A stretch of DNA of 64,000 bases from Octopus vulgaris (lineage: Eukaryota). The stretch is from NCBI GenBank assembly GCA_951406725.2, contig OX597821.1, positions 114,266,001-114,330,000 of the forward strand, given 5' to 3'. Position numbers and translations under genes: made by a program. Under the pieces are notes generated by a model. It was not told the origin of the DNA. It did not search any database and saw only the letters and a program-made list of their open reading frames with translations. Below, piece by piece: positions 43,100 through 57,267 of the stretch (positions are counted from its first letter, which is position 1; each line of letters begins with the position of its first letter).

Positions 43100-43420
43100 T
43101 TTTGGCAGAGTGAGAGCAAGTAACAATGTCATATCTGCTGTGATATGACATTGTTTAATATGTACAACACCTCTGCCTTGTTGTCCTGTTATGATGTTGT
43201 CTATAAGACAGGATTACATCAATGTTTTGAGTGTGGATGTATCAGGTCATTTTTTATTATTCCTTCTGTTTGAAGATGTTATCTGTAAAGATGAGACCCT
43301 ACTTGTAACCCAAAGTCAGAAATTCCTCATTTAATTTTAACCTCTCCATGTTATATTCGCCCAAGACACCAGGCCATTTCTTAGATTGTATCAGGTTAGA
43401 GATTTGGTGATAAAAGGTCT
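43100..43420 (-). mobile_element. Highly degraded RTE-type APE endonuclease remnant
   Basis: WPGVLGEY...GLIFTDNIFKQK...LIDNII resembles RTE WxGVLGxxG...LxITNTxF...LIDY. Confidence 0.45.
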
Positions 43421-43629
43421 TTTACTGGAGATTATGTAAACTTGTACATGTCGATAGTTAAATATTTCGCAAACAGTTCTCCGCACTAATATCGATCACA
43501 CAAATGATCGACAAATCGATCGTTGATCGGGTTATCAAGCATTGTGCTGCCTCTCGCTCTGAGCAGCAGCAAAAACATTCACAACGACGCAACAAGAAAG
43601 CTAACCTCCATTTGCCACTATTAAATCTG

Positions 43630-43678
<49 letters not shown>

Positions 43679-44717
43679 AACACACACACACACTCTCTTT
43701 TTCTTCTCCCTTTTCCTCCTCCACTCATTCTGTCTCTCTCTATCTCTCTCTCTCTCTCTCTCTCCTCTCTCTCTTTCTTTTTTTTATTCAACTTTCTTTC
43801 ACTTCCTCTTCAGCATCATCTTCCACTGTCACAATCTATTTACCCTTTAGTCTTTTAATCTCTTTCTTCTTCATTTTTATCTTTTTTTTTTTTCTCTTCC
43901 ATATGTTGTTGGTGAATTTAGTGTTAGCGCGAAACATTCCAGAACATTCTCACGTAGAACACATCTCACCCCCGCCACCGCCGCCGCCTCCACCTCCACC
44001 CTGCCCGGCTTCACTCTTCATACCTTGAGAATAATTCCAAATGAAAAATTGTTGTATATATATTTTATCACTGGTGCCAAACCAAACGTTTTGCAGGAAT
44101 CTAGCAAAAGAAGGTCAATAAATTCCACATGGAAAATGAATGTTTACGTCGTCGATGAAACTGTTATCGCTCCATCACAAGCGACGACAGCAGCAGCAGC
44201 AGCAACTGCAGCAGCAACAGCAGCAACAACAGCAGCAGCAGCAACACCAACAACAGCAGCAGCAGCAGCGACTGTAAGAAACAAGTATCAGCAACACTGT
44301 CAGCAGCAGCAACGGAAACATGAAGAATAATAACGCGACGAGAGAGCCTCTATGTGGTCGATCGCTCAGCTAAAAGCAACAGCTAAATATCCTTTAAATC
44401 TCTCTTTATGTCGGTGTAAACATGCGTCAAACTCGTTTTTCAAAATTAATAACATTTGGGGGTCGTTGTTTCACAAAACGCCATGGCATTTTGAATGCGC
44501 CCTTAAAAGATAATGATCACTTAGAGGAGTTCTTCGGAATTCTTAACCGTGGTCTCTAAGTCTCAAGTTATGTCTTTAAAATAAAAGATGGAATATATAT
44601 AAGTACACAGGTTGGTCGTGGTTGGAAATCATTTGATCATAGATCTGTTTGATGACTTCTAATCTGGAGCTAACCCACAGTTGCAACATCATTATCATCA
44701 ACATGATCAACAGCAGT

Positions 44718-45083
44718 GGAGGCGCAATGGCCCAATGGTTAGGGCAGCAGACTCGCGGTCGGAGGATTGCGGTTTCGATTCCCAGACCGGGCGTTGTGTG
44801 TGTTTATTGAGCGAAAACACCTAAAGCTCCACGAGGCTCTGGCAAGGGGTGGTGGCGACCCCTGCTGTACTCTTTCGCCCCAACTTTCTCTCACTCTTTC
44901 TTCCTGTTTCTTGTCCCCGACTTCCTACGCAACCGCTGAGCCTGGATGCGCATTCATCCATCCGTTGATGCTCTCGGTGTCGGGGGTTGACCTGCTTTCT
45001 CTTCTGCGGGTCTTACGAATAGCAAAGGACCCCGTTTCGGACTTCTCCCATCTTGCGAGCTCTGGGACGAAGACCGTTCGCTC
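44718..45083 (+). mobile_element. SINE family C full-length copy, tail type 1
   Basis: A box TGGCCCAATGG, B box GGTTTCGATTCCC; ends in CAACAG-rich tail. Confidence 0.88.
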
Positions 45084-45369
45084 AACAGCAACAGCAACCA
45101 TCAACAGCAAGACCACGAACATCAGTGTCAAAGAGGAAACTAATGACAGTGACTACACCTACAACGGAAACATCAAAAGCAACCACAACAGTAATAACTG
45201 CTAATTAGATTACAGTAACAACAAAAGTAGAAATACGAGAAGTAACAGCACAACAGCAACAGCTGTAGGAGCGCTTAGAGTCCACTGTCTTGTGACGCCG
45301 TGTGTTACTTAGAAGATCGAACTAGTGATACAAAGAAGGCCAGATCTTTAACAATATCACAATGTAGGT

Positions 45370-45570
45370 AAGGCGGTGAGCAGGCAGAAACGTAAGCACG
45401 TTTAACAGTATTTCGTCTGTCTTTACGTTCTGAGTTCAAATTCCGCCGAGGTCGACTTTGCCTTTCATTCTTTCGGAATCGATAAATTAAGTACCAGTTG
45501 CGTACTGGGGTCGATCTAATCGACTGACTCCCTCCCCAAAATTTCAGGCCTAGTGCCTAGAGTAGAAAAG
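45370..45570 (+). mobile_element. SINE family A copy with 17-bp TSD
   Basis: AATATCACAATGTAGGT at 45353-45369 and 45571-45587. Confidence 0.9.
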
Positions 45571-45989
45571 AATATCACAATGTAGGTGTCTACATTTACG
45601 GACTTACATTCGGCGATGACCCGAAAGACTCCAATAAGCTAAACTTCTGCAGGAATAAGTTTCGTATTGTAACAACAAGATTATTAACATCAGCAGAGCC
45701 TGATAATGTTGATATGCGCAAATCATCAAATTAGGGGAATCAGATTAAATCATCATCAATCAACAGCTAATTATTTATCGACTCTAGATAGATGAGAGAT
45801 AAAATCAACATCGGTGATATGTAAACTCTGCTTTCAGAGCCCCACGGTCGCACTTCCGGAAATATTCCGAGGAGAAAGCAAACGAAATCACTCGTTCTGG
45901 ATACCATCAGGATCAGGGCCCAAGGAAACCGAAAAACTAAGGAGTTTCCTCCTTCGGCACAGAACTGGTTAGAGTTTACAAGCTGCAAT

Positions 45990-46197
45990 ACTTATTTCTT
46001 TACTGCCCACAAGGAGCTAAACACAGAGAGGACAAACAAGGACAGACAAACGGATTAGGTCGATTACATCGATCCCAGTGCGTAACTGGTACTTATTTAA
46101 TCGACCCCCGAAAGGATGAAAGGCATAGTCGACCTCGGTGGAATTGGAACTCAGGACGTAGCGGCAGACGAAATACAGCTAAGCACTTCGCCCGGCG
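45990..46197 (-). mobile_element. SINE family A copy
   Basis: Tail and core match 16056-16288. Confidence 0.85.
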
Positions 46198-47077
46198 GTG
46201 GTGGTGGTGGTGGTGCTGGTGGTGATGGTGCTGGTGCTGGTGGTGCTGGTGGTGCTGGTGCTGGTGGTGGTGGTGGTGGTGGTGGTGGTGGTGGTGGTGT
46301 CGGGGGAGGAGGAAGAGGTGGAGGAAGAGGAGAGGAGAGGAGAGGGGAGGAGGAAGAAGAGGAAGAGGAGGAGGAGAAGGAGAGGAGGGGAGGAGGATAC
46401 CTGAAAATGTATATGGGCTAGCCACAGCTGGAAAGTCTTTGATCATAGATTTGAACGATCAGTTCTGACCTGCGATTAGATAACAACTACATCTGTCTGA
46501 TACAACAGTTAAAAACTACAATAACATCAACAGCTGAAACAGACGCAACAGCAACAACAACAACAATAATAATAAAGAGAACCATTCAAACTCATGTCGG
46601 CTTCTAAATATAGGATTTCCTTCGAGTACAAATGTGTGTGGCGTGTATATATATATATATATGTATCTGTGTGGATCTTGAGGCAGTGCTCCAGTATGGT
46701 CGCGTTCATACTGGAGCATTGAAACCGGTAAAAGAATAAAGGAATAAAATATGTATTTACGCGTACGTGTACGCGTTTGTGTTTCTGTGTTTATGTCTGT
46801 GTGTCTATACATTTGTATAAATATGGAGGTATATATATCCGAGACTGTGTATATATATATATATAAATATACATGTAATCGTATGTGTCTGGAAAATAGA
46901 TGAATAAGCGATGTGCACATGGACATGTGTTGGTGTGTGCACGCATGCGCGCGCGTGTGTGTGTGTGTGTGTGCGTATATATAAGGGTTGTGTGCGTGTG
47001 TGTACTGTGTGTGTATATGTATGTATGCATGTATGCAAGTATGTGTGTATGCGTGCGATGTTGTGCCACCTTCTTCA

Positions 47078-47417
<340 letters not shown>

Positions 47418-47700
47418 TGTATATCCTTGAGTATATGCCTGTCTACGTGCATGTGTGGGCATATGTGCAAATATATACATATGGATACGTTTGCAAGAAT
47501 GTGTGTGTGTGTGTGTGTGTGTTTGGAGACCTTTACGAATTCCTCCTCAAAGCCTCTGGGAGGTGTGGTTGATAGGATAATCAACAGTTAACATATGTCT
47601 CTCGACTTGTAGCCCTTTGCTGGAGTCTGACACACCCTTGCCAGTGTCAATGTTGGGATTCCAACGGAGAGTTTAATGTTATCGCAGGTGTTAAACCTAC

Positions 47701-47775
47701 CGGAAGATGCCCGCTCATAAAAATGTCCAAAAAAGCCTTCGACAGCGCTTCAATCATAACACAGTAGGGATCCAT
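47701..47775 (-). CDS. Candidate first coding exon of an unidentified host gene (MDPYCVMIEALSKAFLDIFMSGHLP)
   Basis: ATG in AAATTATGG context, 25 codons, donor CCG|GTAGGT; possible acceptor CCCTGCTCTATCTAG just upstream; non-repetitive; no homology recognised. Confidence 0.4.
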
Positions 47776-47838
47776 AATTTTGCTAGATAGAGCAGGGCAG
47801 GGCAATTTTCACTCGGTTTCTTTGTTTGTCCTTCGGCG

Positions 47839-47848
47839 TGCGCATGCG
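47839..47848. promoter_or_regulatory. NRF1-like motif TGCGCATGCG upstream of the candidate exon
   Basis: Matches the known NRF1 consensus; function untested. Confidence 0.3.
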
Positions 47849-48342
47849 TGTGTCTGAGGATTTGCCTTTGAGACTTGCTTCTTCTTTTCCTTTTTCTTCA
47901 CCGTTTCCTTCTTTTTCCTCTTTCTATTTTGGTTTATCTTTTAAAATTCAAATTTTCTTTTTATCTCTTCTCTTTCTCCTCTTTCCCCTTCTCTCTCACT
48001 CTCCCTCCCTCTACCTCTCCTCTTCTTTTTCTCTCTAACTCTTTTCCCTCACACTCACTCTCACGCCCTTCTTTCTCTCTCTACATCTCTCTTCCTCTTT
48101 CGCTTTTACTCTCTCCTCTCTGTCTCACTCTCTCCTTCTTTCTCACACTCTCTCCTCCTCTCCCTCTCTCTTTCTCTCTCCTTTCCTTTTCCTCTTTCTC
48201 ATATTCTCTCTTGCTTTCTCTTCTTCCTCTCACACTTTCTCCTTTTCTTCTCTTTCTTTTCCCTCTTTCTCTTTGACTTTCGAAAATTCACATGCTCTCT
48301 CTCTTCTCTCTCCTTCCTCTCTCTCCTCCTTCTTACCTTCTT

Positions 48343-48377
<35 letters not shown>

Positions 48378-48829
48378 GGTGGTGCTGGTGGTGGTTTTGT
48401 CGTTCTCCTCCTCTCCGCCTTACCCTTCCCCATTGTGTTTTGCTGGTTTATTCCTGTTGTTCATTAGGAATTATTTCCATTTTCTCTGATGGATAAATAA
48501 ACTGTCGCCTGTTGTTGCTGTTGGCGGTGTTTATTATGACTGTAGCAGTATTGAGGACAAAGATGTGATAGAACAGCTTGGCACGTAGAGAAAGACAGAG
48601 AAAGAGAGACAGAGACAGACACACAGACACACACACACACACACACGTACACAGGTGGTGGGGACCAGATTTTGAGCTATTTTTAGAGAGGTTTGCTTTT
48701 ATCTCAAGAATTTATTATTACATAATTATATATTTTTCAATTTCAAACAGCGGAGAAAAACAATTTAAACAATAATTGACTATGCAAAAGAGATTTTATT
48801 TATTAAACGGAACATTAATTAATTAATAA

Positions 48830-48965
48830 TGATTTCAAATTTTGGTACAAGGGCAGCAATTTCGGGGATGTAAGTCGATTACATCGACCCCACTGTTCAA
48901 TTGGGCCTTATTTTATCGACCTCGAAAGAATGAAAGGTAAAGTCAACCCCGACGCAAATTGATCC
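48830..48965 (-). mobile_element. SINE family A 3' fragment
   Basis: AAGTCGATTACATCGACCCC...GAAAGAATGAAAGGTAAAGTCAACC. Confidence 0.75.
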
Positions 48966-49017
48966 AAGACGAGCTGTGAAAAATCCTGTCAAACAAAGGG
49001 CAACCACGCCTGCTCAC

Positions 49018-49403
49018 CGTCAAGGAAGCGCTGGAGATGTCGCAACCTTAGCGCATGTCTGCGCATCAGCAGCCACTGCATGTCCAGCCATCTCTTCAGC
49101 GGGTGTTGACAGCAAATGAAGCGCCTGACCAGTGAAGCGTCCCTTCTTCTTCTTCTTCTTCTTCTTCTTCTTCTTCTTCTTCTTCTTCTTCTTCTTCTTC
49201 TTCTTCTTCTTCTTCTTCTTCTTCTTCTTCTTCTTCTTCTTCTTCTTCTTCTTCTTCTTCTTGCTGCTGCTGCAGTCGTTACTACTTCTGTCCATGTTTG
49301 CTAGCTCAACCGAAAAAGAGTGATTGCGAATGCCAATTTCGCCTTCAAAACTACTTCCCACTATCCTCTCTTCTCCGTTTAGTGGAGAAGACTCCGCCAT
49401 ATT
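49018..49403 (-). other. Candidate 5' exon containing (GAA)n
   Basis: YY1/Kozak-like AATATGGCGG at 49394-49403; donor ACG|GTGAGC at 49018/49017; ORF 49020-49400 stops 2 nt before the donor. Confidence 0.4.
49143..49260. repeat. (CTT)n trinucleotide repeat
   Basis: Direct reading. Confidence 0.97.
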
Positions 49404-49682
49404 GAATTTCTTAAACAGTATTTCAAAAAGAAAAACTTTCTTTTCGAAATTTCGACCATTTGAGCAGCTAACAATAACTTTTGATCAGACGTTTAGGGTC
49501 TGCTCAAAATACGACACACCAAATCGCAAAAACAAAATAATAAAATGAAACAAAAATAGATATATAACAATGAAAGCAAGTCAATAACTAACAGAGCGCT
49601 CGCGATGAGTCTGGCCCTGGCGATAAACAACAACTATTATTATTATTATTATTATTACTATTATTATTATTATTATTATTAT

Positions 49683-49940
49683 TGAGTGAGAGAGTAGTGA
49701 ATACCATCAAAGTGACATAGGGTGCAAATATACGAAGCCCAATATCCATCATGACTACCTGTCTGATAAGGGTACACCAGGCACATGCATCACAACCATA
49801 TGTGCGTGACATGGTGATCCCACATCAAGATAAACGGCGCATGACCTTGCATGCTGGAACTTTAGAACGGTTTGAACTTTCTTCAGGTCGTGTAGCTTAT
49901 CCTATCCAAAAGGTCCCTGAATAAGGTTTGTTTTGAGGAT
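49683..49940 (-). mobile_element. Non-coding TAA-associated element, copy 3 (3' half)
   Basis: Matches the 3' half of copy 4; 3' end runs into TAA tract 49634-49682. Confidence 0.85.
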
Positions 49941-50444
49941 TTTGCAGTTCTCATGTTCGGTGACTCCTTCTGGGGTTTGTTCATACCACGTTTTAGCTCT
50001 TTGTAGACCGTAATTTCCACCGAACTCCGAATGGATCATTCTTGTCACATTGTCATGGTGTAGTTTGTATTCGCGTTGTGCCAATTTCGGGCATTCGCTA
50101 ACGATGTGCCATACCGTTTCACTCTTCTCACCACACATTCTGCATTTGCCGCTATCGGTAGTGTTGTCGATTCTGCACTTCATATAATTGGTCCTTAATG
50201 CTTGTTCCTGAGCTGCGCATATGAGTGCCTCTGTCTCTAACTTCAGGTCACTCCTCTTCATCCATAGTCACTGGGCCTCTGCATCTGTCTTGGCGTTCAC
50301 ATCTCTTGCAAACTGACTGAACATTTTCTTTTTCTTTTTCCATGCTTTCTTTTTTCTGTTCATTTCTTGTTTAAATTTTTCCTTAATTATATAATTTTCA
50401 GTTTTGATAGCGCCGGCTTTCTTCACGTGTTTCAACAGTAGCCC

Positions 50445-50445
<1 letters not shown>
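49936..50445 (-). mobile_element. Internal fragment of an R4/Dong-clade ORF
   Basis: WMKRSDLKLETEALICAAQEQALRTNY...CRMCGEKSETVWHIVSEC...HHD...WYEQTPEGVTE, homologous to ORF 7652-8464. Confidence 0.88.
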
Positions 50446-50486
<41 letters not shown>

Positions 50487-50487
<1 letters not shown>

Positions 50488-51047
50488 GAGTGATTAGTGC
50501 ATGCCATCAAAGTGACACTGGGGTAAAATATTGAGTGAGAGAGCCCAATATACCCATCATGGACTACCCGTCTGATAAAGGTACACCAGGCACATGCATC
50601 ACAACCATATGTGTGCGACATGGTGATCTCATATCAAGATAAACAGCACATGACCTTGTAGGTGGGGCCCAGTTAGAATTTTCTTCAGGTTGAGTAGCCC
50701 ATCCCGCTCAAACGGTCCCTGAATAAGGGTTGTTTAAGGATGTTGAAAGAACCACCCATGTTTCCAGAGGTGAATTATTCAAACCCCAAAGAATCCCTCT
50801 CAACACATGGCCATGATGCTCCCCCACTACTTCTGCTCGTGATCAGAGATGCACATATCGTCAGCCACTAAGGGACATGCTCAACTGGTTAAGGGCAAAC
50901 AACTGACAAGCAAATCTGTGGTATTGAGCAGAATATTTGCTGTAGCCCATCTTTTATATCAAGACAAAACAATGTACATGATAACACTTCCAATCAGTTA
51001 AGATCAGAAGCAATGAGAGCCACTGCCTGGTACTGCATCAAGGCATA
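50487..51047 (-). mobile_element. Non-coding TAA-associated element, copy 4 (full length, ~560 bp)
   Basis: Directly flanked by (TTA)n at 50446-50486 and 51049-52770. Confidence 0.9.
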
Positions 51048-52771
<1,724 letters not shown>

Positions 52772-53448
52772 AACCTTGCAAATGTACTATTATCATTAAG
52801 AAATTATGATTGGGATATGGGGCTGTAGCTGACATTGTTGCTACTGCTACTGTTGTTGTTGTTGTTGCTATTGCTCAATCAACACTGATCCAACAGACCT
52901 GTAATCAGACACTTTTTATCCGTGACCATCCCATGCAGACAACCCAAGAGATTACATTCTCTTACATGTCCTGTCCTTAAATGATAAAAATGCGAACTGA
53001 ACAAAAAAAAAAAAACAATCGGCTGCTATTTCTAACCGGTCGAGCAACAACATTAAAGGTTCCTTGTCATGTGATACGCTGCACTATAACAGAGATTTTT
53101 GGTAAACACCAAAAAAAAAACGGTTTTATTATGACAACACAGTAAACCCCAGAGTGCATTGCTCTCTCATATATTCCTGCTACGATTTAGTATTTTTAAA
53201 CTACAATTCCAAAACAATTCTTACAGCGTAGTTTGGTATTAATAGAACTAAACTTTAGAAACGTCACTAACCTCAGTCAATATACATAAACATTGCTTTG
53301 TGTCAAATTCTAGATTAATAATTCTGGGCGTTCGTTTATTCGTTTATTCTTTTATTCCTTTGTTATTTTGACTGTTTAAGCGTTTGAATCTGTGGCCGTG
53401 CTGTGGCACCGCCGTCTTGAGGGATTTATTCGATTTAATCTACTATAT

Positions 53449-53734
53449 CAATGGTTCCCAAAATGGGTGGTATTAGCCTCCTGGGGGCAGTGGAAAGTTC
53501 CATGGGGGCGTTAAAGACAAGTTTGCTCGATAATGGGGGTAGCGATTCGTGTAGAAACAAACAAAATAATGGGTTCGTTAGGTTAAGCCTTATTTGTGAA
53601 ATACGGTTGCTTTGAATTTGCTTCAGAAAGAGGTCTATGCTTGTAATGGTTAGTTGGGGGTGGGAGCACTAGGGATGTGGCCTGGTGTCAAGGATACCTG
53701 CGGGCAGCAGTCCGGAAAAGTTTGGGAACCACGG
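53449..53734. mobile_element. hAT-type MITE nested in a decayed SINE B tail
   Basis: TIRs CAATGGTTCCCAAA / TTTGGGAACCACGG; 8-bp flanks TACTATAT / TGCTAAAT (6/8 match). Confidence 0.75.
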
Positions 53735-54012
53735 TGCTAAATCAACCAACATTCATTTTTTCTATTAAGTTTGGTACTTATTCTATTACATGTGTACGTA
53801 TGTAAGTGTGTGCAAGCGCGTTTGATGGTGTAAACAGCGGAATAAAGCTCAAAACATGAGTATATAAAGTTTCTTTATATAAATATATAAATATGTACAC
53901 ACACACAGACACACATATATATTACTCAATGAAATTCCAACTTAGTTTGATTTTCACGTTTTATTATTTGCAATTTTACAAATTTATAATTTTACAATTC
54001 TACAGTGTTGAA

Positions 54013-54054
54013 ATATACTAGTACTTTCATGCGTTACGCAATCATCAGGTTTAT
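54013..54054 (-). ncRNA. Minimal type I hammerhead ribozyme motif, canonical core
   Basis: AUAAAC-CUGAUGA-U-UGCG-UAA-CGCA-U-GAAA-GUAC-UA-GUAUAU, inside a (TA)n-flanked element ~53920-54085. Confidence 0.7.
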
Positions 54055-54081
54055 GAACTGGCAATCGTTCTTCCACAATTG

Positions 54082-54133
<52 letters not shown>

Positions 54134-54518
54134 CATGTATGTATGTATGTATGTATGTATGCATGTATGTATAAATAATATGGGTGACTAATTCGCAATT
54201 TTGCAACCTAAAGGCAGATATATATACGTCGCTAAAATGACAAAGGACACTTATCAGCACCAGTATTGCTAGAAATAAGAGTCAAAACAACTCACTAGCC
54301 ACAAAAGCACGATCGTAATGACTGACAAGCTGTCTGCGGTCGCACATATACTCAGATCATCGATGATTCCGCATTTGATGCTCATCGGGGGCTCTCACTG
54401 CGCCTAGGGTTAAACTCAGCTCGCTTTGTCAGTTTATAAGACTTTCGTTGAAATCATACGCTGATTTCATATATGTAAATGTATGTGTGTGTCTGCGTGT
54501 ATATATATATATATATTG

Positions 54519-55249
54519 ACTTGATTTCGAGCCGGGTCGTCTGCTGCTGGAGAGGACCGATCAGGTAAAGGACCTGGGTATCTTGGTGGATTCCTCCTTT
54601 TCGCCTTCGGCCCAGTGCGTCCATGCTGCCAACAAAGCGCGCGGAATTCTGTTTTTGATTCGACGGTCATTCGGAATGCTCACAGCAGCCATATTCCTGC
54701 CACTCTATGTCACGCTGGTGAGACCCATATTGGAGTATGGGATTCAAGCCTCTTCTCCTTATCTCCTCAAAGACATACAGCACCTCGAAAGAGTCCAGAG
54801 GCTGGCTGCCCGCATGGTTCATGGTCTCAAAAGTTTGTCCTACGAAGAAAGGCTGAGGACGCTCGACCTTTATTCTCTTGAAAAACGCCGCCGCCGTGGT
54901 GATCTCATTCTCGCCCACAACATCATAAGCGGGAAGTGTAACCTCTCGAAAGAGCTGTTCTTCACTCCTGCTCCGGAGCGTCGGCTGCGGGGTCATTCCG
55001 AAAAGCTCTACCTGCGACGATTTCATCTCAATCGAAGGAGAGGAGCTTTCTCCGTCCGGGTTGCGGATCCGTGGAACAAGCTGCCAGACGAGACGGTGAA
55101 GATGCCGACGACCGCTTTGTTCAAAGCCTCCCTGGACCTCAAGTGGCCTGAACTCTTTACATGAACACCACCCTGTACTTAACTCCATGTCCCCCTACAT
55201 GGCCTTGCTATTTGCTTTTGAGCCAAATTAACTAACTAACTAACTAACT

Positions 55250-55252
<3 letters not shown>
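54519..55252 (+). mobile_element. 5'-truncated CR1-clade LINE, copy 2, inserted in (TA)n
   Basis: Open ORF2 C-terminus to 55164 (LVRPILEY...LERVQR...RRRRGDLI...WNKLP), 3'UTR and (TAAC)n. Confidence 0.93.
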
Positions 55253-55281
<29 letters not shown>

Positions 55282-55285
<4 letters not shown>

Positions 55286-55925
55286 GATATAAACTCAAAT
55301 TAGGCAACCATACTCATACAGTAATAAATTCGACTTAAAATGCGTTTACATATATATTAATACAAATCAACACATGAATATTTTCAAAATATTTATAAAA
55401 TATAAATATATATATAATTATACATAAAAATACATGTAAATAAGCCCCATGTGAGATACGTGTGGAAGGAAGTGTGAGAAAAGGATAACTGATAAAAAGT
55501 TTTTTGTACTAAAAATTTTTTGTACTGGTGGTTAGAATTTCAATCTTTTATTAATTTTTCTACCAGGACATGAACTCTGGAAACAGCCGTAGAAAGTGGA
55601 CTTCCTCGAACTGTATTATATACCTTATAATACCATTTATATATTTAAAAAAAAACACAACGTTCTCTATGGATCTTTTAATTGAAACTCTTAACCGCTC
55701 TTAATTTTAGTACAAAAAACTTTTCATCAGTTCTCTTTTTCTCACACTTCCTTCCATACAAATCCCACATGGGTTTTATTTATATATATTTTTATGCATA
55801 TTTATATTTTATAAATATTTTGAAAATATTCATATGTGTCGATATGTATTAATATATGTACACGCATTTTAAGTCGAATTTATAACTGTATGAGTATAAT
55901 AGCCTAATTTGAATTCATATCTTAA
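55282..55925. repeat. Long imperfect inverted repeat (~230-bp arms)
   Basis: 55282-55516 is the approximate reverse complement of 55702-55925. Confidence 0.85.
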
Positions 55926-55996
55926 TTCTTATCTTTTGTCTCGGCTTCGACCCGAGCACTCCTTAAGCAGTTCTATATTTTTCGTAAGAAAAAACG

Positions 55997-56034
<38 letters not shown>

Positions 56035-56035
<1 letters not shown>

Positions 56036-57250
56036 GAGGGACGTTCAATAAGTAATGCCTCTGACCCACTTCCAGGTGTTTGATCTAGTTGAAATTTTGC
56101 ATGTGCAATTACTTATATCTCTATAGATTAGGTGGCAAATTACAGCTCTGAACTAATTGTGGTTTCTGATTTACAGGTGTTTGAACTGAGTCAAGTGTGA
56201 AATGGAGCCTGTTGAGTGTCGAGCAGTGATCCGGTTTTTGTATTTGAAAGGACGCACACCATGGGAGACTTTTGATGAAATGAAAGTAACGTATGGTGAT
56301 GATGCCCCATCATATGACCTTGTAAAACGCTCGCATCGTGAATTCAAACAGCTCCCAGATCTGGTCGACCTCCTTCTGCCATTGATGAGGCATCTGTCCG
56401 TCAATTGAGGCTGCCATTTTGGAAGATCGACGCATATCTATTCGCCAAATAGCCCATGAGGTCAAGATTAGTACCGGGTCAGTGGAAACTATCATTCATG
56501 ACCATTTGCATATGCAAAAGGTGTCTGCCAGATGGATTCCCAGGTTGCTCACACCTTTCCAGAAGCAAGAACGCGTCGAGACTCGAGGATGAATTTGGAG
56601 ATGTGCCAAGAAGATGAGTCAAACTTTTTCAAAAGACTGATTACACAGGATGAAACCTGGGTCCATCACTATGATCCAGAGACCAAAGCCCAGTCAATGC
56701 AGTGGAAGCACCGTGACTCACCTCCTCCAAAGAAGGCAAGGGTGCAGCCCTCTGCTGGCAAGGTCATGCTCACTGTCTTCTGGGACCAGGACGGAGTAGT
56801 GATGACAGATTTCCTGGCAAAGGGTACCACAATTACAGGAGCCTATTATGCTTCACTTTTAAGGAAATTAAGAGAAGCTATCAAAATCAAGAGGCGGGGC
56901 AAGATCAGCGAAGGCATCCTCCTCCTGCAGGACAACGCTCCGGTCCACAACTCGCATGTCGCCAGATCAGAAGCACAGGCGTGCGGCTATGAACTCCTCC
57001 CCCACCCCCTACTCTCCTGACCTTGCACCCTCTGATTTTCACCTCTTCCCAGCCATGAAGCTGTTTTTGAAAGGAAAGCATTTCCCAGATGATGCAGCCT
57101 TGATTTTTAAAGTCACGTCGTGGATGGAGGACCAAGCTGGGGTCTTCTACAAAAACGGTCTCCAGAGCTGGATCAAACAATGGGAGAAATGCGTAACTCT
57201 GAGTGGTTCCTATGTAGAAAAAGACCAATAACTGTGCCAAGTTCCGTTGC
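56035..57250 (+). mobile_element. Mariner (DD34D) transposon lacking its right TIR
   Basis: TA|CGAGGGACGTTCAATAAGT left TIR; flanked by (TA)n. Confidence 0.92.
56202..57231 (+). pseudogene. Frameshifted mariner transposase
   Basis: RAVIRFL HTH start, WIPRLLT, ITQDETWVHHYDPE, LLQDNAPVH, YSPDLAPSDFHLF spread over several frames. Confidence 0.92.
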
Positions 57251-57267
57251 TATATATATATATATAT

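Noticed and set aside
44718-44795. SINE heads as functional tRNA genes
   Set aside because: A/B boxes present but no complete cloverleaf; they continue into repeated SINE bodies
50985-51047. HDV-like ribozyme or U2 snRNA origin for the 5' end of the non-coding element
   Set aside because: Hairpins exist, but I could not build the nested pseudoknot or find the catalytic C; U2 similarity is only TGCAGTACC
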